Position numbers and translations under genes: made by a program | Assembly: GCA_002269645.1 (NCBI GenBank) | Contig: NIVC01002568.1 | Span: forward strand, 59,682-123,681 | DNA length: 64,000 bases | Direction: 5' to 3' | Origin: Macrostomum lignano | Taxonomy: Eukaryota | Notes under the pieces: model-generated | Database searches by the model: none | Told to the model about the DNA's origin: nothing | Seen by the model: the letters and a program-made list of their open reading frames with translations, nothing else | Part shown: in pieces, positions 12,059 through 22,659 of the stretch | Layout of the letters: each line of letters opens with the position of its first letter | Position numbering within the stretch: the first letter of the stretch is position 1

Positions 12059-12476
12059 TTTGTGTTCCAGTTGTACCTTGGCAAAAGAGTGCAGTGAACT
12101 GGCATAAGCTGAGCTAGAAGAATTCCTTGCGTCTATTTATAGCCAGTTCGTCAGTCCGGTTTGAGGTGGCTGGCTGAGTGCAACTCCTTTCAAATTTTCC
12201 GTCACCGACTGCTCTTCAGAAAGCAAGAGCTGCTAAACTCGTCTGAAAGCAAGGCGACGCGCGACTCCATCCAAAGTTTTTTTTTCATTTACGCTCGTAG
12301 AAGCTGCGCTCTCTTTCAAATGAAGGTTAGTTACAATGGCCTGCAGGCTAGCCAAAAACAAGAAAGGCTGTCAACTCACCACCTCTACTCTACAACTAGC
12401 CACGCCGTCGGGTAGACAGCCCACTCTTTCATTTCAAGTTCATCGTTCTGTGACAATTAAATGTAGTTTTAAATCA

Positions 12477-12567
12477 AGGTGGATTCTCATCACAGTAAAT
12501 TCATTTCAAGGCGGATTCTTATCACAGTAAATTCATTTCAAGGCGGATTCTTATCACGGGAAATTCA
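12477..12567. repeat. ~32-bp tandem repeat, ~2.8 copies, upstream of the CYP gene
   Basis: GGATTCTTATCACAGTAAATTCATTTCAAGGC repeated. Confidence 0.8.
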
Positions 12568-13040
12568 TGGAATTGAAAATTTTGTAAAAATGTAAAATTA
12601 CTTACTACTTACTACTCCTTCACAGCGGAAGTAAAAGGTTTATTACTACAAAATTTATTGCTACTGTGATAGACTCACTCAATATTTGGTCATGCAGTGC
12701 TGATTGCTTTGAAAATAATTATTAACCGTATGCTGGAGACAGCTACCATTCAGCAGGTACTTTTGCATACAAAAAATGCACCTAAGGAAAAAGACCACAT
12801 TTGGCGGAGTGGGGCCAATGCAAGTCTGCATCGATCACGTTCAATCCAATTCCATAAAGAAAAGTTTGTTGTAACGGATAGCAAATAATAAGCTTAAGGG
12901 GTCAAGCTGATTTGAATATATCAATGAGACAAGACCCGCGTACGAAACGGGTCTTAGGCTCCTAAGTTATACATGCGGCAGGAGTTAAACTTGAGAAGTT
13001 AAAATGAATTCACGCATATAGCTTTCGTCATGTGACATTA

Positions 13041-13565
13041 TTAAAGGGAGCTTTCCAAAGAAGCCCAGCTCTTGACAGCAACCTCGCTGGAAACTTGGTC
13101 TCCATTGCTGTTGCCGTCCCCAAGAGTGCCTGTTCTGTCCTCGAGAGCGGCTGTGCTGTCCTCGAGAGCAGTTTTGCTGTCCCCGAGAGCGGCTGTGCTG
13201 TCCTCGAGAGCAGTTTTGCTGTCCTCGAGAGCGGCTGTGCTGTTCTCGAGAGCAGTTTTGCTGTCCTCGAAAGCGGCTGTGCTGTCACCGAGAGTGGCCG
13301 TTCTGTCCTCGAGAGCGGCCGATGAAGACCTGAGTCCGGCAGCGGCCATACTGGAAACTTGATCACCGTTGTTGTTGCTGCCCCTGAGAGCGACTGTAGA
13401 AGCCGTGCGTTGTGCAGCGGCACTGCTGGCAGCAAGTGTCCGTCGCCTCTTCTTAACGGCAGGTTCAGTCGGGATGATCGGCGGTGGCAGGCCAGCCAGA
13501 CGATTGGAGCGGCGCATTGGGGCACCGTTGACCCTGTCAGCTGAGAAAGTTCGTTTCTGTGGCAT
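13041..13565 (-). CDS. Possible small protein or exon with heptad repeats (ALEDSTA/ALEDSKT) and a basic KKRRR motif
   Basis: 174-codon ORF; nine 21-bp units (13131-13319) are all in frame, flanked by a duplicated N(N/S)NGDQVSS block. No family recognised. Confidence 0.4.
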   Translation of the reverse strand: MPQKRTFSADRVNGAPMRRSNRLAGLPPPIIPTEPAVKKRRRTLAASSAAAQRTASTVALRGSNNNGDQVSSMAAAGLRSSSAALEDRTATLGDSTAAFEDSKTALENSTAALEDSKTALEDSTAALGDSKTALEDSTAALEDRTGTLGDGNSNGDQVSSEVAVKSWASLESSL

Positions 13566-14207
13566 TCCCGAATATGTAACCGTTTTGTATCTTCGTGATA
13601 AAGCTTTTATGATTCAAGCATCACAAAGACAAAATGTGTCACTCATCCCTGACGGGGAAGGAAGGGGCCATAGACAGCACGCACTCTAGTTGGGTGTTCA
13701 ACTCTTACCTACATTTTGCAAAGATTTATTAGATTAAAAAATCAAGAATATGAGTAAATGAAAGTTCAGAAATTCTTTCTCTCAACAGACAAATTTGATT
13801 GAGCTATTTATTAGAGTCCGAAGCTCCCTTAACTGGCTGGTTGATGCACAGATAAGCTGGGAGCACTGTGGTACCTTTAAAGTTTCTGATCAGTCAAAAA
13901 CTGCGGGCTGAAGCTCCTGACTCCCCTTAAACGCGATAGGTAAAACGGATGCTTTCTGGCTATGAAAATTGAGTCTGCAAATTTATTGAAATTTCTGGAG
14001 GAGAGAAGTAGCAAAGCTACCTTTTTTCAGTGGCAATCAAATTGGACGAGGAATGAGGAGCATTGTGCACGTTTACTTAATTCTCACAAGAGTAATAAAC
14101 AAGAGCACGGTGAGTTCGAGGGGTACGAAGGTTAATCAGGGACTGGCCAGAGGTGCCCAGCTGAAATACGCTCGTAGATCTTGGATCTAGACAAGTTTAG
14201 GGATTTT

Positions 14208-14927
14208 TCAGGAACTGATGCTGTGGTTCAGCATGCAGACGAACTGGTCGTAACTGACTTTGCCACTGCCGCTGGTGTCCAGCTGGCCGATCATCCGCTC
14301 GGCCAGCCGCTCGGCCGGCTCTCCGGCCTCACCGTCCCCCATGAGGGCCTCCACCGACATCTGCAGCTCCTCGGCGCTGATGAAGCCGTCGCTATCCTGA
14401 TCCAGATGCCGGAAGATCGCCTTCAGACAGGCGTGAGTGCTGCGCCGCTTGCGCAGCTTCTTTGAGCATACCAGGGTGGCAAAGTCGTAGAACTCCATGG
14501 ACTCCACGCCCTGCGCAGCCAGGGAGTTCATGCTCTCCTGTTGGAATGAAAACGGCATCTTTTGTTGGCTCAATAAAAACCCAGCAGCAGTCACACGCAA
14601 AGCCTTAGAAATCCGCATCAGCTTATAATCTCTCAGACCTACCTCAATGACGGTCTCGCTGACGAAGGTCTGGGCCGCCTCGAAACCTTCAATCAGCTTG
14701 GCGACTGGGAATCGGCCCTGCTTGTTCTCAAAGCGGCGGAACGCTTCCATGCACTGCCGCAAGTCGCTCTCCGTCATCTCCACGCTGCTGCTGGGGTCGA
14801 TGCCCAGAAGGGACTTCAGCTGGCTGCTGCCCGTCTGCCTGGTCGAGTGCATTGCTGTTCGTAGAGGAGAAAATGACTCAGATTTAGAACTGCCTCGCAC
14901 TGAGACTCTGTTCACAGAGCACTGCAA
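14208..14927 (-). CDS. Calmodulin-like EF-hand protein; exons 14927-14643 and 14537-14208
   Basis: EF loops DQDSDGFISAEE and DTSGSGKVSYDQ, with degenerate N-lobe hands. GTAGGT...TTCCAACAG intron of 105 nt (14642-14538), phase 0. The start may be at 14852. Confidence 0.82.
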   Translation of the reverse strand: MQCSVNRVSVRGSSKSESFSPLRTAMHSTRQTGSSQLKSLLGIDPSSSVEMTESDLRQCMEAFRRFENKQGRFPVAKLIEGFEAAQTFVSETVIEVGLRDYKLMRISKALRVTAAGFLLSQQKMPFSFQQESMNSLAAQGVESMEFYDFATLVCSKKLRKRRSTHACLKAIFRHLDQDSDGFISAEELQMSVEALMGDGEAGEPAERLAERMIGQLDTSGSGKVSYDQFVCMLNHSISS

Positions 14928-15437
14928 AGGGACTCCTTATATGCTGTGGGCAACGACCTTTTTTGACCGATTACTCATTGCAGTAATTTTCTTATTCTCT
15001 CGTCCAAGCATTTGCTGACGCAGTGACGATTGATGGACAAGCTGAGATGATGATGGCTCTCACAGACTAGCCTGTCAATCACTGCTGCCCAGCCTCCGCA
15101 CACGGCAGCTGTAGATGGGTGCGAGCGCTGCCCATCGGATTGACGGACCCTATAAGTTATGAAAGCTTAGCGCTTCTCCTGCAGTTATTTACTAACTCGC
15201 AGTGCCGACGGCACATTTCACTCCAGTCAAGACGTCATGCTGGCCCGTGAGAAGAATTCCTGCACTGCACAGCTTCAAACTCCCACGGGATGGAGAGCTA
15301 AAATGTCCAGACCAAAACAAACAACAAACTGATATGCTGTCGGAGGTCTGCGCTGTCTGCGCTGTTTGCGCTGTCTGAACTTTCTTATCTGGTACCTAAG
15401 TGCAATTTGTACATTAATTTAGGGTGCAGACTATGAT

Positions 15438-15910
15438 AGGGCCAGAGCGGAGACTGCAGGCTGTGATGGGATCAGTGAAGACTGCAGGTTGATGGGGCCA
15501 GAGCGGAGACTGCAGGCTGTGATGGGATCAGTTAAGACTGCAGGTTGATGGGGCCAGAGCGGAGACTGCAGGCTGTGATGGGATCAGTTAAGACTGCAGG
15601 TTGATGGGGCCAGAGCGGAGACTGCAGGCTGTGATGGGATCAGTTAAGACTGCAGGTTGATGGGGCCAGAGCGGAGACTGCAGGCTGTGATGGGATCAGT
15701 GAAGACTGCAGGTTGATGGGGCCAGAGCGGAGACTGCAGGCTGTGATGGGATCAGTGAAGACTGCAGGTTGATGGGGCCAGAGCGGAGACTGCAGGCTGT
15801 GATGGGATCAGTGAAGACTGCAGGTTGATGGGGCCAGAGCGGAGACTGCAGGCTGTGATGGGATCAGTTAAGACTGCAGGTTGATGGGGCCAGAGCGGAG
15901 ACTGCAGGCT
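15438..15910. repeat. 56-bp minisatellite, ~8.4 copies (dimer of related 30- and 26-bp subunits)
   Basis: GGGGCCAGAGCGGAGACTGCAGGCTGTGAT+GGGATCAGTKAAGACTGCAGGTTGAT with period 56. Confidence 0.95.
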
Positions 15911-16330
15911 GTTACTCGCATTTGTGTGCTCCACAGCTTCCTTCTACTCGCAGGTGTATCGCCTTTGATGATGGAACGGACACCCTCCGAATTTGTATCT
16001 CTGAGCCTTCACAGTTCAGCTTAGGCCATAAAGAGGGTGATTTTATTTCCAGAACCAGCATTTTGAAATTAGAAATTTAGTGGTTTTAAAAAAATCAGCC
16101 CTCACCCCTGGAAACTGGAGCGGGAATTTACTGCCGACTTCCCCAGCTGTCATCCCTTCATACACAGCCCAGTCTCCCAGCCTGAGTGGCTCAGAGCTGC
16201 GGGGCTGCTGGCTGGCAGGCGGATTGGCTCGGCCGGGGCTGAGCGGGCCAATATCAGCCAGCCATCAGCTGCCGTCTCAATGAGTTCTGTAATCCCAGCC
16301 TGGCAATTTACCTGGCAATCAGCAGCAACA

Positions 16331-19300
16331 ATGCCATCAGCATCTAACAAGGTGGGCTCGGTGGAGTCGCTGCGAGTCGAACAGGATGATGAAGAGGATC
16401 GGAGGCTGGCGATGAAGCTGATCGCGGATAAGAGACTGGAGGCGCTGGACATAGTCGAGGGATATGAGCTGATCGGGCTGCCCGGCGGTGAGCAACGAAA
16501 AGAAAACCATTTTGTTATACCGAATGCCTGACCGAACACATTGCATCTCTGCATTGGAATGTTTGTTGTGCCGAATGCCTGACTGAACACATTGCATCTC
16601 TGCATTGGAATGTTTGTTGTGCCGAATGCCTGACCGAACACATTGCATCTCTGCATTGGAATGTTTGTTGTGCCGAATGCCTGACCGAACACATTGCATT
16701 TCTGCATTGGAATGTTTGTTGTGTCGAATGCCTGACCAAATGCATTGCATTTCTGCATTGGCGCCACTTCCCCACCGAACTGTCAGAAATGGCGCACCAG
16801 CCGGCGCCGAATCGACAGCCGCGACAGTTCGACGCCAGAGCGGGCATCAAGTCGTTCGAGCGGTGAGTTGCTCGGAGCCCCGGATCTTTTAAGCTACATT
16901 AAAAGTGCGCCTGTCTGCTTCAAACTGCAAAGCTACCCCAGTGCACAGCCAGAAAGTGTCTCAACCAACGCCAGAAAAACTTACATTTTCCTGCTCCGGT
17001 GTCACAACATTTTCGTGAAAAATGCGGCTGTTTCAGCTGCCTGCTTCTTGGAGTTGACTTCTGCAATCCAGCCGGAAAATCCCGTTCGCTCAGCAGTTGT
17101 GCCTGGAAGTTCCGTATTGCTAGTGCAGATCACTGAAGCCCTGGGCAAAAGGAACAATAGACGGGCAGTTTTTTGCAGGTGCTGCAGTTGCCTGTTCTGC
17201 AATGCAGTTGCACCGAGAATTTCACTGACAAGGGTGGTTGGTTGATAGTTCAGCATGGCCACACAGCCGTCTGTGGGATGAGTAATCGGAGTTTTTGCGA
17301 GTTGCATATGACGGCCACAGCAGAGGACTTTGTTAAACTTGGTAACGAGGAGAATAAAAAAATACTGTAGCCTTTGGGGCAACTCGTAGCAAGGGTTTGT
17401 GCAGTCCGTGCGTGACTGTCATTTGCTGTTTCACAAGATAGGCCTTTCGAGAATCTCGGTTGAGAGCTGTTGATCTTGCCATCGAAATAACAAAAGCAAG
17501 TGAAAATTGCGCAGATATGCAGAGTGAGTGAGCTACAATAAATGCAGAGTCGTAAACTTAACTTGGTTGGCAGTGCTGCAATTGAGGATCGAACCCATCA
17601 CCTGGACTTTATTTACCACACGGAAAACAAGGCAGAAAATATTAAGCAAGAAAAAATATTGTTGAGGAAAATAAGTTTTAATAGAGGGCCTCCACATCAC
17701 CATCAGACGAGGCCAACTTTCATGCTTTTCATGGGTTTGTTTTCTCGCTCTGGACTGTAAACCAATCTGTACTGCGACTTGATGGCTCACTATTGATGGC
17801 TCACTAGAATAGCTGAGATCGAGCCTTAATCCTAGTGTCAAAGTGAGCAGTTTTGACTTCAGACAGATTGACTTCAAAACCTAGCAATTTATAAATAGTA
17901 ATTGCATATGTAAGCCATATTTAAGCCATATGCCATTGACGAGGGTTTTTTGGTACGCAGAGAGCAGAATGCGTGGCAGAAGAATTTGAGACATTGGAAT
18001 GCACTATAATTTTCTGGTTTCGGCGACACCCTGCTTGCAGCTCTTTTAATGAGGCTGAGACAAATTCAAAGCTTATTTTGAGTTATAATTAGAATTTTTT
18101 CTCTCTAAAAGTGACTTTAGAGGTGACTAAATAACCGCGGTGGATCAATTCATCAAACTTCTGCAGCTGCCTTCCCCAATTTCTGCAGGCTGCCCAAGGT
18201 CACAGCTGAAATTGCACGCGAAATTCTGGTGGCCCAAGCGCCTCAGAAGTGCTGCCAGAGCAAGCAGTTCTTATGGGACATGCCCATTACCAAGGTCGAG
18301 AACACACTGGCGTGGCACGTGAGTAGCGGGCTTGGCTCACAGGGTGAGCAGCTGAGCGGGTTGGTGTGTATTTGCAGTACGCTCGTAGCTGAGCGGCAGT
18401 CACAAAGCAGGTACTCAACCGCAGGGTCTGTAACCGCACCCTCCTCCCAATTGACACCGCTGACCAGCGCATATCGCAGTCTCTACCTGTAAGCCTGCTG
18501 CATGAGTTAGAAACATTTCCCTGCAGGGTGAGCCTTGCCAAAATCCAAAAATTCCCATGGGATGCGGGTAGAAAAATTTTGGGAAATATAATTAATCGGA
18601 GGGAGTTAAACAGGGTTTATTGGGCGCGGGATATTATTGCTGCAACGGATAGGAAAGCTTTGCAGGTGAGCCTGTGTCGGCATGGCAACGCATTTAGTCT
18701 GCCAGTAGAGATTCTACAGCAGCCAGCCTATCGCAGGCATCCGGTCATCCGGAAAGTTCTTGCGCTTCTCTACGAACCAAAATTAGTCAGAGTGAAAAGC
18801 ATATATACAATATTAGCATATATACAATATTAGCATATATACAATATTAGCATATATACAATATTAGCATATATACAATATTAGCATATTGAGGCGGAAG
18901 GCCTTTTAGTTTCAATAGATGGAATGGCAGCCAAGATGTTGCACTGCATTGCTCGTATATTTATACAAATGAAAACAGCGCGAGATTATTGAGGGGCCTA
19001 GGGAGGTGCGCACATGTGGCGTGGCGTGATTGGCTACGCCAACCCCCCTGGCTTAGCGAGCCGGCTAGTGCGGTGCGCCACCACCCCACCTCAGCTGGAC
19101 AGAGGTTGGCGGGGGGGTTTCCAGTGCGGCTGCACTGGTGCTGCCGGTCGCGTAGTCTGGCCGCCACACAGCTCCCCCCAGCACCGAGCTAGGCCACGAA
19201 CGTCGGGTAGTAGCCGAAGCAGCGAGAGCGCCGAGGAGCGGGTGCCGAAGACGGCGGGGGCGCGAGGCGGGCGCCGAAGGCAGCAGAGCGCCGATGGCAG

Positions 19301-21420
19301 CAGGTCGCCGAACGGGCGCCGAGCGGGGGTGCGAGGCAGGCGCCGAAGGCGGCGGGGCGCCAGGTGGGCGCCGAAGGCAGCAGCAGCAGGGCGCCAGGCG
19401 GGCGCCGAAGGCAGCGGGGCGCCAGGCGGGCGCCGAAGGCGGCGGGGCGCCAGGCGGGCCCCGAAGGCAGCAGGGCGCCAGGCGGGCGCCGATGACAGCA
19501 GGGCGCCAGGCGGGCGCCGATGGCAGCAGGGCGTCAGGTGGGCGCCGAAGGCAGCAGGGGCGCGCGGCCGGACCACACCCGAGGCAATCGACAGTCAGTT
19601 GCCGCCGTAGTCTGGCCGCCACAATATATACAATATTAGCATATATACAATATTAGCATATATACAATATTAGCATATATACAATATTAGCATATATACA
19701 ATATTAGCATATATACAATATTAGCATATATACAATATTAGCATATATACAATATTAGCATATATACAATATTAGCATATATACAATATTAGCATATATA
19801 CAATATTAGCATATATACAATATTAGCATATATACAATATTAGCATATATACAATATTAGCATATATACAATATTAGCACAACAAAAAGTCACCCAAACT
19901 GCAACGAAAGGTATCGCATCTCAAATCTTTGTGAAGGGCTTCGAGGGAGCAGGCAGGATAAAGGGAACTAAAGCTACTTCAAACTAACAGCCGGAGTCTG
20001 ACAAATCTTCTGCTGCCCCAAGCAGTGGGGATGCGCACACCCCAGGGCTTGCATTCGCATAACTGAATAGCAATGAGCCACTGAGATGCTGAATGAAGAT
20101 GACGCGCTTGTTCGTCACATAAAATGCCTGAAGTAGCTGGCGGAGCCTAGCAAGACACGAAATTGGGATACAATGGGCAGGAAATGTAAATATGACAAAA
20201 TTTTTGTTGGAACACAATAAGCAGGTTGATGGGGAAGTCTGGGCGTCATTCTTCAAACGCAGCAAAGCTACCGTACAAGTGCACCGCTTCCCATGATTGC
20301 AGTACTGCCTGGAGACTTATGTTGAATCCCGCTTCACCTGCTGGAGCTACGAGCCTTTCTCTGGCCAGAAGCTGGACAGTCCTAACGAGGGCAAGGCGCC
20401 CGGGCCCTGGGAGGTTGAGCTGAGGCCGCGGGAAATGTTCGTGGATCAGGACAAGGAGCTCATCGTCCCACACACCAGCACTGTGACGGTGAATTTTTTA
20501 CGCTCGTAGTATGCAACTAGACTTTACACTTACTCCAGCTTCACCCTCCACACCAAAAGGCTGACTGTGATCCTACTTTTCTGCCCTTTTTAGCCGTGCC
20601 ACCACTGCAATGCTAAGGGCAAGACGGTGTGTCACAAGTGCAGAGGGAAGAAGCTGACCCGATGCGGTGACTGCGGCGGCCATGGTCGCAAGACGGTAGC
20701 CCAGGGCGCCGTGCTGAGGAAAGTCGACTGTGGGGAGTGTGATGGACAGGGCAAGCGTCGGTGAGTTGCTGATTCTGGGGCGTCGTATTTGAGGTTTCCT
20801 CATGGGTGTGGGTTGCTACACATGTACAGTGTACAGCATGCGTGCTCCAATAGCGAGCTGTATATAGGAAACTCGTGCAGTGTTTACTTGACAACCCTGC
20901 AGCCTCACATCTAACACATCTAACGTACTTCATAAGTCTAGATAATTCAAAGCACTTAATACACACCATCCCTCACAGCTGTCCCTTGTGCAGCGGCAGC
21001 GGGGAGGAAACCTGCACAACCTGCAGTGGTCACCAGCAGCTCGTGTTCGCCGTGAAGCTAAAGTGTGAGTGGCGCGGAAAGAACGCGGATTACATTGAGG
21101 AGCGCACGGACCTACCCGACGAGCTGGTGCGGGACGTGACAGGCAAAGTGATCTTCGAGGAGGAGGGCGAACTGCTGACTCCCATCAGCAACTTTCCTAT
21201 CTCGCCGGTGAACCGAGCCTCCAAGTCGCTGATCGGGGCCCACGAGAACAGCCTGAAAGGCCAGCGGGTGCTGAGACAGAGGCACAACCTTCGCGGAATC
21301 CCGGTCACGGAGGTCCACTACGAGCACGAGGGCAGACAGGGCGTGTTCTTCGTGTACGGATTCGAGAACAAACTCTTCGCCCAGGGCCTGCCCAGCGGCA
21401 GCTGCTGCAGCCTTCTGTGA
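16331..21420 (+). CDS. SSUH2: Protein SSUH2 homolog; exons 16331-16487, 16787-16862, 18189-18318, 20303-20488, 20594-20760, 20979-21420 (385 aa)
   Basis: All five introns are GT-AG and phase-compatible (1,2,0,0,2). The product has IAREIL...KCC, YCLETYVESR, WEV...F.D....VPHTSTV, CxxCxxxG DnaJ-like Zn repeats and the C-terminal LRQRHNLRGIPVTEVHY...FFVYGFE...PSGSCCSLL typical of SSUH2. Confidence 0.92.
16511..16761. repeat. 51-bp minisatellite, ~5 copies, filling SSUH2 intron 1
   Basis: CCGAATGCCTGACCGAACACATTGCATCTCTGCATTGGAATGTTTGTTGTG at 16520, 16571, 16622, 16673 and 16724. Confidence 0.95.
18798..19879. repeat. 17-bp minisatellite (AGCATATATACAATATT) split into ~5 copies (18798-18889) and ~15 copies (19624-19879) by an insertion
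   Basis: Perfect 17-bp periodicity on both sides of a GC-rich block. Confidence 0.95.
18890..19623. mobile_element. Probable solo LTR (734 bp) with internal GC-rich tandem repeats
   Basis: Begins TGAGGCGG and ends CCGCCACA (TG...CA, 7/8 inverted), flanked by ATAT on both sides. The terminal 18-mer CGTAGTCTGGCCGCCACA also occurs at 19151-19168. Confidence 0.6.
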
Positions 21421-22659
21421 TGACTCAAATCTGATTGAACTCTGAGCACAGTGAGCTCTAAAGACGCCAATTTTCTTTTAATTTATAGCCTCTCCCGAAA
21501 AGGTGCAGGTTGAACTGTTTCGATCAGGTAGTGAAAATTACTAGACGTTTTCTTTCGTGTACCGACTAAATTTCACATAAAGCTTGCTAACTAATAAAGT
21601 TGCTATCTGTGCGACGAGCACTAACCTAGCTGAGCCTGAGCCGATAAAAGCCTATTAAGCCCTTGTCCCTGTCCTCGTCAAATTTTCGTTGTCCATGTGC
21701 AATGGTTCTTAAGTTCAAGTCGCACCTGCGTATTTACATACTCGTACTGGATGGATATTCAATCAAACTTTGAATGAGGAATTTCCGCATGAAACAGAGG
21801 TGCAAGGGATGAAGGCTAATAATGCACACTTTAAATTACTAGTGAGCTGAAAAGTTGCTTCGATACACTTGCTGCTTTTACTCTGGACAGAGCTCAAAAA
21901 GTTCACACTAATCAAGGTAAAATCCGCTCAATAATTAATGTATAATGTGTATTTATACAGGTAAGCATAATCAAAAATGTCTCCGCACGCTTGATGGGAA
22001 TAGCAGCAAAACAGACAGCTGTGGCTCAATAGACGGTCCTGCGCCACAATTCGTCATCAATACAAGAAACAGAGAGTGCAGGCCGAACTGTCAGGCCCTG
22101 GCGGCAGAGTCGGGAGGTGCAGCCAGCTTTGAAAGCGGAACATACAGAAGGGGTTTCAGCACTAAATTCAAGACTGCAGCAGAACAACCTGCTGGGGCAG
22201 ATGCAGCATCGGAGCATGGCTGGCATGCAAGAAGCAGACAATATAAAGAAATCAAAGACCGCAATCACAATTTCTACATGTGACAGACAATACAAACGAT
22301 AGAATTCGAAGACAAGGCGAGAAAACTCGAACCCGAGATAGCGCCGAGAGTAGCTAGGCGGGAGTGGCAAGCGGCTAACGCTGGGATGAACTTGGTTGGC
22401 TGATGAGATGAGGAGCGGAAGCTGCGGGGACTGAGGGCAAAGCCAGTGGTAGGGATTCTCGGGCTATCACAGGTGGCAGGAGTTAATGTACATGAGCGGG
22501 CAGCAAGCTCGCAGCCTTGCTCTCGGGTGTCGATGGAGGGCAGACTCTCGGGGGACATGGGAGAACTGCTAAGAGAAAAACGCCGAAATTCTCATTAAAA
22601 ATGTGGCAGTAAGAAAGACGAGAGACATCAAAGTGGTGCGCGCGCTGAGAAGGCCAGGA

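Noticed and set aside
12927-12961. Hairpin AAGACCCG-CGTACGAAA-CGGGTCTT as a possible hammerhead
   Set aside because: GAAA is present but there is no CTGANGA box in a compatible position.
16150-16892. Cys-rich repeat ORFs (MQKCNVFGQAF..., MECLLCRMPD...)
   Set aside because: They are translations of the 51-bp intronic minisatellite of SSUH2.
19014-19656. Arg/Ala/Gly-rich ORFs on both strands
   Set aside because: They arise from GC-rich tandem repeats inside the putative solo LTR; no domain is recognisable.
21945-22560. Short ORFs between SSUH2 and ZER1
   Set aside because: Interrupted by stops in all frames, with no recognisable motif or splice chain.
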